Shown one piece after another: positions 42,351 through 51,004 of a stretch of 64,000 nt of DNA (the first letter of the stretch is position 1; every line of letters begins with the position of its first letter). The translations under genes and the position numbers were made by a program. This DNA is from a virus (lineage: Duplodnaviria > Caudoviricetes): the IMG/VR virus record IMGVR_UViG_3300017716_001697, positions 192,001 to 256,000 of that record. One strand, written 5' to 3'. The notes beneath the pieces are model-generated. The model worked only from the letters and a program-made list of their open reading frames with translations. It had not been told where the DNA came from and did not search any database.

Positions 42351-42593
42351 ATGTCTTACAAATCAAGACCAGATCCCATTCTATATCACTTCTCAAAAGA
42401 TAAGAGGATTCGTGGCAGAATAGTTAACACCACCACGGCTGTTGTGGTGTACATCATTGACAACAAGAAAGAGTCCATATTAATAAAGCAAGTATTTAAG
42501 CTCAAAGAAGTACGCGAAGCCAATGTATGGATGTATGAGCACTTGGACTGCCCGCTCTTCACATTGTTGCAATCTTTACCTAAACAAGCATAA
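42351..42593 (+). CDS. Small protein (CPLFTLL pair)
   Basis: Ends LDCPLFTLL. Confidence 0.65.
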   Translation: MSYKSRPDPILYHFSKDKRIRGRIVNTTTAVVVYIIDNKKESILIKQVFKLKEVREANVWMYEHLDCPLFTLLQSLPKQA

Positions 42594-42599
42594 TAAGTG

Positions 42600-42660
42600 T
42601 TGACAGATAGTGCTTCCTGCGTTATAATAAACACATAGCAAGTAAACAACCAAGGAGCCT
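42600..42660 (+). promoter_or_regulatory. Repeated promoter cassette, copy 3
   Basis: TTGACA-GATAGTGCTTCCTGCGT-TATAAT-AAACACATAGCAA..CAAGGAG. Confidence 0.85.
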
Positions 42661-42663
42661 ATT

Positions 42664-42912
42664 ATGGCAAGTCTTAAGAAATGCGTAGAATTAAAGTGCA
42701 AGGACTGCACCTATGATCAATACGTCCCGGGTTCCTGGCGCCAACAGGTCGAAGAATGCCGCGTGAAGTCTTGCGCACTGTGGGAAGTGCGTCCGGTCAC
42801 AATGGAGACCGTGCTGCTGCGCCGCAAGGACAAAGGTGTGGCTGGTGTAGATATTGACTCACTAGTTGACGGGCTGGAAGACGACGAAGATGAGCCTGTG
42901 GTGGCAGTATGA
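42664..42912 (+). CDS. Small Cys-rich protein with acidic tail
   Basis: KCKDCTYD...C...CALWEVRP. Confidence 0.75.
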   Translation: MASLKKCVELKCKDCTYDQYVPGSWRQQVEECRVKSCALWEVRPVTMETVLLRRKDKGVAGVDIDSLVDGLEDDEDEPVVAV

Positions 42913-43106
42913 ATTTTCTTACGTTAGAGCTCAAGCATGCAGAGCAAACAGTTATCCAGGTAGAACATATTGTACGCATGTCGCCGGCAATTGCTACAGG
43001 CACCAGAATTCGGTTTGTAGATGGCAGCGAAATAGATGTAGTTGAATCTATTGCCTGGATACTGAAATGTATTAACGCACCGAAAGATAATCATGCGAGT
43101 AACTAA
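42909..43106 (+). CDS. Small hypothetical protein
   Basis: FLTL...I.VEHIVRM...GTRI.F.DG..I.V.ES pattern. Confidence 0.6.
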   Translation: MNFLTLELKHAEQTVIQVEHIVRMSPAIATGTRIRFVDGSEIDVVESIAWILKCINAPKDNHASN

Positions 43107-43467
43107 AGACAGACTGAGAAGCCGTATTGGTGGGTTGAACATGATGCTGGAACGACCGATGGCGCTGTTTACGCCCGGCGAGACCAAACCTAACACTGGT
43201 CATCTATCACTTGATATCAACTCGACGGGTTTCCGTCTTGTCGAACAGTTGGACACCGGTGGCGAACGCGACTGGTCGCAACGGATGACTGGCAAAGAAA
43301 TGGACAATTTTATTGACGGCATTGTGCGCGGACTTGCACTGCGCAATGAGCACATAGGTGCCATTCTGGTCAAAAATAAGTTGGAAAAGGCTGGATTAAC
43401 CGCCGCTGCATTGCTTTACAGCGACGACAATGTACTCAAATTAACTGCACAGACAGAGACTGTATGA
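43093..43467 (+). CDS. Hypothetical protein
   Basis: 124-aa coupled ORF. Confidence 0.7.
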   Translation: MRVTKDRLRSRIGGLNMMLERPMALFTPGETKPNTGHLSLDINSTGFRLVEQLDTGGERDWSQRMTGKEMDNFIDGIVRGLALRNEHIGAILVKNKLEKAGLTAAALLYSDDNVLKLTAQTETV

Positions 43468-43715
43468 CATTCCTAGGTAAAAACATTCGGTTGAAGGGTA
43501 AGACACAAAAGGGCAAGAACCGCATCAGGGAACACGGTGAGTTCTGGTTTGTGTTTGCTGAGACCGATCATGTATTGTTTGCAAAGGACAAGGCTGGACC
43601 GTGGCTATTTGTTGCGCCAGCCGAAAAGAATCAGAACGACAAATCATCACGCTGGATTCACAGCACAAATGATTTGGATTTTGATGTATTTATTCAGGTT
43701 GACATTATCCCTTAA
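43464..43715 (+). CDS. Hypothetical protein
   Basis: LKGKTQKGKNRIREHG. Confidence 0.7.
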   Translation: MTFLGKNIRLKGKTQKGKNRIREHGEFWFVFAETDHVLFAKDKAGPWLFVAPAEKNQNDKSSRWIHSTNDLDFDVFIQVDIIP

Positions 43716-43727
43716 AGCCTGCATAAT
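43699..43727 (+). promoter_or_regulatory. sigma70-type early promoter
   Basis: TTGACA-N17-CATAAT. Confidence 0.7.
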
Positions 43728-43791
43728 ACATACAAGTTGATAGGGATTATCCTACTAACTTTAAATTTAACACACACAAAGGAAATTTAAA

Positions 43792-44277
43792 ATGACCACT
43801 ATCGATACCACTGTTACTACTCCTGCTGACACCACTGTTGCTGTTGCTGTTGCAACTGTTAAGGCCCCAAAGGCACCTAAGGCTGTCAAGCCCGTGGTTG
43901 TGAAGGCTCCATCCAAGACATCTTTGGCTGCTGTGATTTTTGCTGCTGCAATGGCTGATCGCACTGCTGGCGTGTACGCTACCAACAAGGCATTCCGTGC
44001 CGCTGTGTTGGGTAAGATCGAAACCGACTTGGGCGTGTCCACTGCATCTGCTGCTACCATGTTCAATGCATGCAAGATCAAGGCCGAAGCTGCTGCTACT
44101 GCTGCCGGTACTACCGTCGGTCTGGGCCGTGATCCTAAGACTGTGAAAGTCAAGGTCGAAGGTGCCAAGCGCGGGCGCCCAGCTAAGGCAAAGACTGAAG
44201 TCGCCACAGTGATTGTGGTTACCGAGCCAGTCGCTGAAGCTGTCGAAGCTGCTCCTGCAGAAGCTGTTGCTGCTTAA
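43792..44277 (+). CDS. Ala/Lys/Thr-rich DNA-binding-like protein with AT-hook
   Basis: KRGRPAK AT-hook; strong high-expression codon bias; own promoter and terminator. Confidence 0.8.
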   Translation: MTTIDTTVTTPADTTVAVAVATVKAPKAPKAVKPVVVKAPSKTSLAAVIFAAAMADRTAGVYATNKAFRAAVLGKIETDLGVSTASAATMFNACKIKAEAAATAAGTTVGLGRDPKTVKVKVEGAKRGRPAKAKTEVATVIVVTEPVAEAVEAAPAEAVAA

Positions 44278-44304
44278 TCAACCAACTAACTTGGTTTAAG
44301 GATC

Positions 44305-44330
44305 GGGCCCTAGTGGCCCTATTCTTTCTT
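44305..44330 (+). terminator. Intrinsic terminator
   Basis: GGGCC/GGCCC stem plus T tract. Confidence 0.6.
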
Positions 44331-44336
44331 AAAAAT

Positions 44337-44846
44337 ATGATCAAATATCCAAAACAACTCTATGTGGTTGCTAAGAGCCAAGGGAAAGGTGTTGCACCAC
44401 TCGGCTTCTTCCATGTGTACGAGCCCGGTAAGGCTGCGTTTGAAAAGAAGCGCGAAACTCAAATCAAGTGGGCGTACAACAACTACAGCAATATCTACGA
44501 TTTCGAATTTGTAGAGCGGCACGGACAATGGTGTGCCAAAGGATTTAGGTCGGAACGAGACCCTAATTCCCAATGGGGTACAATTAAGGTAGCAGTCTGT
44601 GAACCAGTTGAATATCAACCTGTTGTGTGGGACAATGAACCACTGGCAGGATTTAAGATTGAGAAATCTGTTAGCCGCTATTCTACATCCAACAAGCTGT
44701 GGCGCATCTTGGATCCACACGGCGTTGAGTTCGAAGTGTCGACTGATGTCATGGAAGATATCATTGATACCGCAACCATTACCAAAGGTCTCATCGAGAA
44801 CCGCTGCGTCTGGACTAAGGCAAAGGTACTCGAAGTTTTTGATTGA
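44337..44846 (+). CDS. Hypothetical phage protein
   Basis: DNEPLAGFKI..SVSRYSTSNKLWRILDP. Confidence 0.75.
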   Translation: MIKYPKQLYVVAKSQGKGVAPLGFFHVYEPGKAAFEKKRETQIKWAYNNYSNIYDFEFVERHGQWCAKGFRSERDPNSQWGTIKVAVCEPVEYQPVVWDNEPLAGFKIEKSVSRYSTSNKLWRILDPHGVEFEVSTDVMEDIIDTATITKGLIENRCVWTKAKVLEVFD

Positions 44847-44871
44847 CACCCGATGCTCTAAGTGCTATAAT
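44843..44871 (+). promoter_or_regulatory. sigma70-type early promoter
   Basis: TTGACA-N17-TATAAT. Confidence 0.8.
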
Positions 44872-44893
44872 GAATACTTTACAAGGAGTCATT

Positions 44894-45352
44894 ATGGACT
44901 TAGAGCAAATGGTAAAGGATGCTAAGGCTGCTGTCAGGAAGACAATTAATGCTTCAGCAAAGAAACATGTCAAGGCAATGGCAGCAGAATACAAATCTGC
45001 CCGTGAACGGCTTAAAGTTGATGAACCCTTATATGAAGAGTTCAAAGTTATTCGCGAAAGAATGGGAATTCCGGTAGCAGACCCTGTTGCTAATCCGTAC
45101 GGGTCTCAATCCAGAATCACAAAAATCAAATTAGATCAAGGTGTAATCACACACGTCGAATTAGATGGAATTAGATTAGTGAGCAAAGAAGAAGCAGTGA
45201 CCATTATTAAGAGTGGTGGTCGCATATTCACAGTATCACCAGATACAGGCGAACAATTAGTAGTGGTCGCAAATAGGCTGAGTGGTGAATACATAAGAGC
45301 AAGTCGCGATAAAGAGTCAAACGATAATTTACTAAGTCTGCCAAGATTGTAA
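44894..45352 (+). CDS. Coiled coil fused to a DUF3892-like domain
   Basis: RBS AAGGAG; C-term KEEAVTIIKSG...YIRASRDKESNDNLLSLP. Confidence 0.7.
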   Translation: MDLEQMVKDAKAAVRKTINASAKKHVKAMAAEYKSARERLKVDEPLYEEFKVIRERMGIPVADPVANPYGSQSRITKIKLDQGVITHVELDGIRLVSKEEAVTIIKSGGRIFTVSPDTGEQLVVVANRLSGEYIRASRDKESNDNLLSLPRL

Positions 45353-45366
45353 ATTTCAAATAGTTG

Positions 45367-45395
45367 TTGACTTCGTCCGTGTTGTGTTATATAAT
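45367..45395 (+). promoter_or_regulatory. sigma70-type early promoter
   Basis: TTGACT-N17-TATAAT. Confidence 0.75.
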
Positions 45396-45422
45396 ACATA
45401 CATACATAAACAGGAGTAGATC

Positions 45423-45953
45423 ATGAGCAACATCAAAGAACGAGCATTGGAAATTTACAATCAACATATCGCGTTGGCAGCAACCGATGGTCGGTTGTTT
45501 CGCAAGACAGTGCTCGATCAACTCCGGGCAGAAACCGGCTGTACGCTAGCTGGTGCAGCAACTCACTACAACAATTCCAAGAAAGCATCCGCACCAGTCG
45601 AAGGCCTGGGTCGTGCTCCTGTTTCAAAGAATGTACGCCGCCCCGGTGCCAACAAAGGTAAGCCGGAAGAACTGCAAGACGAAGACGAATGCTTCACAGT
45701 TATTGAATTGTTGAAGCACAATGATGGTGTCACCGTAGGCCGTTGCCGCTCACACTTGTTACAAGGTGATGCAAGCGAAGAATTCGACGATCGTGTGCAG
45801 TACAAACCGCGTAATGAATGGGTGATGATTAAAGGCATTGGTCCCAACCACGGCGACACCTTCAAGCTCAGCTCATCCGAAGTTGAAATCAAACGCTATA
45901 CGCCTGCGGTAGTAGCGGTTGTGGAACACGAAGAACCACTGTTGGTTGATTAA
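45423..45953 (+). CDS. Helical DNA-binding-like protein, paralog of 43792..44277
   Basis: FRKTVL...GCTLAGAATHYN..K...GLGR. Confidence 0.75.
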   Translation: MSNIKERALEIYNQHIALAATDGRLFRKTVLDQLRAETGCTLAGAATHYNNSKKASAPVEGLGRAPVSKNVRRPGANKGKPEELQDEDECFTVIELLKHNDGVTVGRCRSHLLQGDASEEFDDRVQYKPRNEWVMIKGIGPNHGDTFKLSSSEVEIKRYTPAVVAVVEHEEPLLVD

Positions 45954-45954
45954 T

Positions 45955-46143
45955 ATGATTGCCACATACATTTTGGTTGTGCTTCAGCAGGTGGCCAGTG
46001 GTGGGGCAACATGGCACACAATTGGCGAATTTACATCCTTCGAAACCTGTCAGAAGGCAAGTGTGCAGATATCGGCTTCTACATCTGCACACTTTAATGG
46101 CAGTTATTCGTATGTCAAGAAATTTGAATGTCTGAAGAAGTAA
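45955..46143 (+). CDS. Family E small protein
   Basis: Hydrophobic N-term, SGG, FTSFETC..A, C-terminal C. Confidence 0.7.
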   Translation: MIATYILVVLQQVASGGATWHTIGEFTSFETCQKASVQISASTSAHFNGSYSYVKKFECLKK

Positions 46144-46144
46144 C

Positions 46145-46402
46145 ATGCCTAAGTCAACAATCATCGATGGTGAAATGTATCGCACACGTCGCGGTAAACT
46201 TGTAAAAATCCCCGATGAATGGGTGGGTAACTTTACAACACGGCAAACCATCCGCAAGCGTGATAGTAAGTTAACGAATAAGCTGGCACGCGATACGAAA
46301 TGGAACAGGAACAGGGCAGGATCAACCGGCCCTCTATACATTAAGTACAGGGACGCAAAGGAACTCGGCAATCAATACATTGAGGATGTTTATGGCGAAT
46401 AA
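46145..46402 (+). CDS. Basic hypothetical protein
   Basis: RRGKLVKIPDEWVG..T..QTIRKR. Confidence 0.7.
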   Translation: MPKSTIIDGEMYRTRRGKLVKIPDEWVGNFTTRQTIRKRDSKLTNKLARDTKWNRNRAGSTGPLYIKYRDAKELGNQYIEDVYGE

Positions 46403-46522
46403 GAAACAGGGCAACCTAACACCAAGTCCGCAATGGTGGAAGCACTTGCAGGATTGGAAGCGCGTGTTCTGGAAGAGTGAGCGTCAAGCACAGAACAAAG
46501 ACATCAAGGAACGGAGCAAAGA

Positions 46523-46792
46523 ATGAACGAACAATTCAAAGAACTTGCGAAACAGTCCGGACTAAACATTGATGGGTTTGGCGACCCGATCTGGGGTTGT
46601 CTGGATAGTGCTGATGCTAAGACACAGTTTCTGGAAAAATTCGCTGAATCGATTGTTGCTGAGTGTGTGAAATCATATGAGACGGAAGTAGATACCTGGA
46701 TAGAAATGGCCTCGAAGCGAGGTGCAATTAAACGAGTGGGTGTCAGGGCAATTAAACGACCTTTTGGAATCGATGAACGGAGCAAAGAATGA
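46523..46792 (+). CDS. Family D small protein
   Basis: MNEQFKELAKQSG...EKFAESIVAEC...FGI. Confidence 0.8.
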   Translation: MNEQFKELAKQSGLNIDGFGDPIWGCLDSADAKTQFLEKFAESIVAECVKSYETEVDTWIEMASKRGAIKRVGVRAIKRPFGIDERSKE

Positions 46793-47052
46793 ACAAACGG
46801 ATTGAGGAACTCATTGAGAAGGCAGGTTTGGACTGCGATGAATGTGCAAACCTAGACCCAAACCTGCAAGAATTTGCCGCACTGGTCATTAAAGAAACAC
46901 TCGGTGTCATATTTGATGGTCGCCAACATGCAATTGCTGAATTTGAAATATCTAGCCGTGCTAATATCCAAAAATTCATTCTGGATACAAGTTGCGCAGC
47001 AATGGGTGATACAGTTAAAGAACATTTCGGGATCAAAGAATGGTCCTGCTAG
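46789..47052 (+). CDS. Family D small protein
   Basis: MNKRIEELIEKAG...EFAALVIKE...KEHFGI. Confidence 0.8.
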   Translation: MNKRIEELIEKAGLDCDECANLDPNLQEFAALVIKETLGVIFDGRQHAIAEFEISSRANIQKFILDTSCAAMGDTVKEHFGIKEWSC

Positions 47053-47199
47053 ATAAAACATACTATGGTGAAAACATTCACGAAGCCGAACAAGACATAA
47101 GTGAAATGTTCGATACCAATCAGGTGCCGCAGGATGAACACGGGTTTCATCTTGGCACATTTAAAGTTACAGTAGAGTGGATTCCACAGGAGAATTAAT

Positions 47200-47568
47200 A
47201 TGCCATGTAGAGATTATTACGACGACCATCCTGACCAGTTCTTTAAGGATCATACTGAGCCTGCACTGAAAAAGCAAATCAGCTTTGCTGAGTCAGCCCT
47301 GTGTCAGACGCTTGCTGCATTTGAGAAGGTGTTAGCAAGTGTTAAACACGACTACGATGACACAGTAGATACCGATGTAAATCATTACATTGATTTTAAA
47401 GCTGCGGGCATTACGATGAAAGAGCTTAACACGTGGTGGAAAGAACACAAAGCAATTGATGAAAAGCTTCGTGCAGAAGAAGCTGCCAAGAAGAATGCCA
47501 AACAGCTACGCAAGTCAGCATTAGCGAAACTGACAGACGAAGAAAAACTTGTTTTAGGAATCAAATGA
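47200..47568 (+). CDS. Hypothetical phage protein
   Basis: RBS AGGAG; MPCRD...WWKEHK..D...ALAKLTDEEKLVLG. Confidence 0.8.
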   Translation: MPCRDYYDDHPDQFFKDHTEPALKKQISFAESALCQTLAAFEKVLASVKHDYDDTVDTDVNHYIDFKAAGITMKELNTWWKEHKAIDEKLRAEEAAKKNAKQLRKSALAKLTDEEKLVLGIK

Positions 47569-48080
47569 ATAGTGCTATCTTTAATCCTTCTGTGCTCACA
47601 TTTCGTGTAGCAAAGAAAACAAAAGGCTTGCGAGCCAAACCGATGGTCAACCTGCTGGTTGATAAAACAGTGATGTCAAAGTTCCTTGTTGACACGCTGG
47701 AGGCAAAGGAACCAGTACATGCCGATGCAATGTTTTGCATTGGTGAAAGTAATGATGCGTGGCAGCAATCTGCAAAGAACCTGCTAAAGAAATATACAGT
47801 GGACGCAATTGATGCCGAAGGATGGTTGGTATGTAATCCTAAGGCAGAGAATAGCGTTGAGTTTGCAGAAATTACTGACGCTGGGTTGGACCTAGATACT
47901 TCATTCGGCACAGCCGGTTCTGGATGGATCGTTGGGCAATGGGGCGAAACAATTAACGGTGTGCAAAATCTACAACGATTCAAAATGGATGACTTCGTAG
48001 TGCGTAACCGCGAAGATCACAGCGATGTGTGGATTGTTGCACGTAAGATCTTCCTCAACACATATACGGAGTTGGCATAA
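47565..48080 (+). CDS. PGDYG-like hypothetical protein
   Basis: C-term DFVVRN..D..DVWIV...IF..TY pattern. Confidence 0.5.
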   Translation: MNSAIFNPSVLTFRVAKKTKGLRAKPMVNLLVDKTVMSKFLVDTLEAKEPVHADAMFCIGESNDAWQQSAKNLLKKYTVDAIDAEGWLVCNPKAENSVEFAEITDAGLDLDTSFGTAGSGWIVGQWGETINGVQNLQRFKMDDFVVRNREDHSDVWIVARKIFLNTYTELA

Positions 48081-48373
48081 TGAAATATCTATTACCATTG
48101 TTTGTAATTGCGTTAGTCGGGTGTTCGCCTACACCTCTAGAGAAAGAGGCTGCTAAAGTCGAAGCTGAAAAGGAAAAGCCGGCTGTAACAACAATTCTGG
48201 GTAAGCACGAAGATTGTACAATCTATCAAACCCACAAACCTTACACCGATAGAGTGAATTGGGTACGTTGCAAAAAAGAACCCAAGGTGACCGAAACTGA
48301 AACAACCGAGTATTGCGGCAAAAGCTGCACCAGAAAGGTTATCACAACAACAATTGACGAGGAAGCAAAATGA
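48080..48373 (+). CDS. Lipoprotein
   Basis: Lipobox LVGC. Confidence 0.75.
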   Translation: MKYLLPLFVIALVGCSPTPLEKEAAKVEAEKEKPAVTTILGKHEDCTIYQTHKPYTDRVNWVRCKKEPKVTETETTEYCGKSCTRKVITTTIDEEAK

Positions 48374-48549
48374 ATGTGACTACTGCTCTGGTATGGGTGT
48401 TAATGTCAGTGAATCCTTTGGGTAATGCGGCTGTGACCTATTCCCCACCTGCTGCCACCATGGAAGATTGCAAACGAATGCAAGAATTCACTATACGCAA
48501 TCGGGTGCCATCGCAATGTGTCCAAATCACCATGGTGGTGTCAAAATGA
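48370..48549 (+). CDS. Family E small protein (59 aa, absent from ORF track)
   Basis: LVWVLM...TMEDC...SQCVQI; ATGA overlaps. Confidence 0.65.
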   Translation: MNVTTALVWVLMSVNPLGNAAVTYSPPAATMEDCKRMQEFTIRNRVPSQCVQITMVVSK

Positions 48550-48737
48550 ATGGTGTGCAATATTACAGTCACTTCCTTATGAAAAATTCTACAGCGTATG
48601 AGCTGTATGAAGCAATGAAGAAGGATCCGTCAATCAAGACCAAACTTGATGCACATCTTAAGGAAGTGAATAAGAGTTATATTCCATTACCTGCTCATCT
48701 TGTTAACTTTAAAATTGGTAATGTCGTTGACACATAA
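48546..48737 (+). CDS. Hypothetical protein
   Basis: ATGA overlap. Confidence 0.6.
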   Translation: MNGVQYYSHFLMKNSTAYELYEAMKKDPSIKTKLDAHLKEVNKSYIPLPAHLVNFKIGNVVDT

Positions 48738-48755
48738 CCCGTAACCTGCTATAAT
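48727..48755 (+). promoter_or_regulatory. sigma70-type early promoter
   Basis: TTGACA-N17-TATAAT. Confidence 0.8.
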
Positions 48756-48813
48756 ACATTAAGCAGTTAGTGGCATACTGCATCTTATGCCACAGAGAAG
48801 AAAGAGTTAATTT

Positions 48814-49074
48814 ATGGAATCACGTGCATTTATTGTCGAAGCTCAAGCATTGATTGGCGACATCAAAACATTCCAGGTTGCATACCTGTCACCCGAAGAC
48901 GAAATGGCTCAAGGAACTGCATTGCAGCGCCGTCTGAATCAATCGTTTGCTGGATTGCAAAATCCTACCTTGCCATCGGCTTACAAACTGCGTGATGCAG
49001 CAATGGGTGCCGGTTTCAGTATCGACCCAAAGCGCCTGCATTGGTTGTCACAATTCGAAACCATTAGGGGTTAA
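48814..49074 (+). CDS. Hypothetical protein
   Basis: First ORF after a promoter. Confidence 0.7.
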   Translation: MESRAFIVEAQALIGDIKTFQVAYLSPEDEMAQGTALQRRLNQSFAGLQNPTLPSAYKLRDAAMGAGFSIDPKRLHWLSQFETIRG

Positions 49075-49076
49075 TC

Positions 49077-49322
49077 ATGCCACCCGGATTATTCACAGCC
49101 CTTGTCATCTGGGCAATCTTCCTTGGACTAATCTACATAGGGATCTTTGGATCAACATGGAAGATCGGTAAGCGGCTTCGCAATGCTACTAGTCCGTGGG
49201 AGAAGTTTTGGTTGTGGATAGTCCGGATCCTGTATATTATTGCGTTGCCTATCATCTTAGTGATGTGTGTGCTTGGTGCAAAGTTTATGTGGGATGATTT
49301 CGTTAATTTGTTTAAAGGCTAG
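49077..49322 (+). CDS. Two-TM membrane protein
   Basis: Two hydrophobic helices. Confidence 0.7.
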   Translation: MPPGLFTALVIWAIFLGLIYIGIFGSTWKIGKRLRNATSPWEKFWLWIVRILYIIALPIILVMCVLGAKFMWDDFVNLFKG

Positions 49323-49373
49323 ACAATAGGTTCTTTCTGTAGTATAATCAATGTATTGCAACAAGGAGATATA

Positions 49374-49853
49374 ATGCTCACTAAAGAATCTATTGTTACC
49401 CTGTTACAGAATGACAAACGTGCAGTGGCAAGGGCGCTTGTTGTGCTCACTGCACGTCAAACCGCAGATGAGCAGGCCACTGAGCACACTCGTCATTTGA
49501 ACGGTCGCGGCTTCCGGCCATGTCATGCGCGTATGGGTACAAACATGGCACAATTCTTCCAGCGGCAGGGCTATCTCACTGACAAGCAGATTGCATACTG
49601 GCGCATGAAGGACAAATCCGGCGCGATGCGTATTGGTATCTACGCAGGCCAATTGCTTGAAGAAGCAGAACTCAAACAAAAACAGGCAGAGGCATATGCA
49701 CTCCAAGGTCTTACACTGTTAGGTGAGATTGCCACGCAAAGAATGCTCGAGAATGAACTCGGCATGGTGTTGGATAGCGAAGATCCAACATTAATCAAAC
49801 CAGCCAAAGATGCGCTGGATAACTTTATGGCTCAGTGCCGAAACAAAACTTAA
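49374..49853 (+). CDS. Hypothetical phage protein
   Basis: RBS AAGGAG; RALVVL.ARQTADEQ...NGRGF...LTDKQ. Confidence 0.8.
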   Translation: MLTKESIVTLLQNDKRAVARALVVLTARQTADEQATEHTRHLNGRGFRPCHARMGTNMAQFFQRQGYLTDKQIAYWRMKDKSGAMRIGIYAGQLLEEAELKQKQAEAYALQGLTLLGEIATQRMLENELGMVLDSEDPTLIKPAKDALDNFMAQCRNKT

Positions 49854-49863
49854 GGAAATAGAA

Positions 49864-50070
49864 ATGAGTACAATCTTGCAATTGGCTGTCGTATTGGTGG
49901 TAATCGCTGTCATTCTGGCCATTGGGCCATGGTGCTTCATCTGGGCTATCAACACATTGGTTGCCGCTGGCGGAGTTACAACATTCGTTATCCCATTCAC
50001 GTTCTGGACTTGGCTGGCTGCTGCTATCATCGGTGGTATGGCTATCATCCCTAGCATGCGTCGCGGTTGA
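49864..50070 (+). CDS. Small membrane protein
   Basis: Two to three hydrophobic helices; RBS AAGGA. Confidence 0.75.
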   Translation: MSTILQLAVVLVVIAVILAIGPWCFIWAINTLVAAGGVTTFVIPFTFWTWLAAAIIGGMAIIPSMRRG

Positions 50071-50095
50071 CAATAATGTTGGGTGGTGTTATAAT
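50067..50095 (+). promoter_or_regulatory. sigma70-type early promoter
   Basis: TTGACA-N17-TATAAT. Confidence 0.8.
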
Positions 50096-50127
50096 AAGAC
50101 ATCACCCAACATGTTACAAAGAAATAA

Positions 50128-50508
50128 ATGACTACCTTAGCTGCAATTCCCGAAATAGTTGTCGTGTCTATCCCCGGTGGATACAGTCCTGGTCAGAATA
50201 AAATCGAGGTGATTAAGGCTCTCCGAAATCTCTCATATATGGGATTGAAGGAGGCAAAGGATTTGTCCGAGACGGCTGGCCAGCACACACTTCCCGTCAA
50301 CATGCGACTGACAGTAGATGCCGGCCGCGCCTTCGAGGATTACTGCCGCATATTGCGAAATAACGGGTGCGAAGTAGGCCCATCTATTCACAAGGTGCTT
50401 CAATCATTGCGCGAGCTCGGTGCAGAAGCATTGAGGTTGGGCGAAGACGATATCGCAAACGAAATCTTGCAAATGGTGTTAGCCGAGAAACTTAGAAAGG
50501 GGTTCTAG
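50128..50508 (+). CDS. Ribosomal protein L7/L12 C-terminal-domain-like protein
   Basis: NKIEVIKALRNLSYMGLKEAKDLSE...L..NGC matches the bL12 CTD motif KI.VIK.VR..TG.GLKEAK.LVE. Confidence 0.75.
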   Translation: MTTLAAIPEIVVVSIPGGYSPGQNKIEVIKALRNLSYMGLKEAKDLSETAGQHTLPVNMRLTVDAGRAFEDYCRILRNNGCEVGPSIHKVLQSLRELGAEALRLGEDDIANEILQMVLAEKLRKGF

Positions 50509-50661
50509 TATGAACGACAAACAACCACTCTATACCATTGTGTATCAAACACAGGCTTGGCCCGAATGGGAAAAGCAACGAGAATCATTTGAAGAAGTGT
50601 TGCTGGAACACAGCGAACTTACAGAAGCCAATGAAGTGCTTCGCAAAATCATGGATATGAA

Positions 50662-50802
50662 ATGACTGACGAAGAGTTGACTGCTATCTACAAAGATGCA
50701 AACAACATTCCTGAAGGGAAGAATCCTTCGATCAGCACAAAATTCATCTTCGCGGCAATGCGAAAGTGCTACGAACTTGGCAAAGCCGAAAAGGAAAAGT
50801 AG
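50662..50802 (+). CDS. 46-aa protein (absent from ORF track)
   Basis: MTDEELTAIY...YELGKAEKEK. Confidence 0.55.
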   Translation: MTDEELTAIYKDANNIPEGKNPSISTKFIFAAMRKCYELGKAEKEK

Positions 50803-50993
50803 AATGAAGAAGTCTGACAGAGAGCTATTGCTGCGTGCAAAATTCGAATCGGCTGTCCGATCTTCGTGGGGCTGGACAATATTAGAGCGTGATGGTGAAA
50901 GTTATGTTGCAACTATTGTCGCGACAGCATGGAAAGCATTTAAATACGGTTACGAACTTGGCAAAGCCGAAAAGGAAACACAGAATGAAGAAG
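50770..50993 (+). repeat. 43-bp direct repeat pair at gene junctions
   Basis: TACGAACTTGGCAAAGCCGAAAAGGAAA-NNN-AGAATGAAGAAG at 50770..50812 and 50951..50993. Confidence 0.9.
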
Positions 50994-51004
50994 ATCACAG
51001 TTAA
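50804..51004 (+). CDS. Small protein flanked by direct repeats
   Basis: MKKSDRELLLRAKFE...YV...AWKAF. Confidence 0.7.
   Translation: MKKSDRELLLRAKFESAVRSSWGWTILERDGESYVATIVATAWKAFKYGYELGKAEKETQNEEDHS

Noticed and set aside
44843-44893. Upstream starts for the DUF3892-like gene
   Set aside because: They overlap the -35/-10 boxes; ATG 44894 has an AAGGAG RBS.
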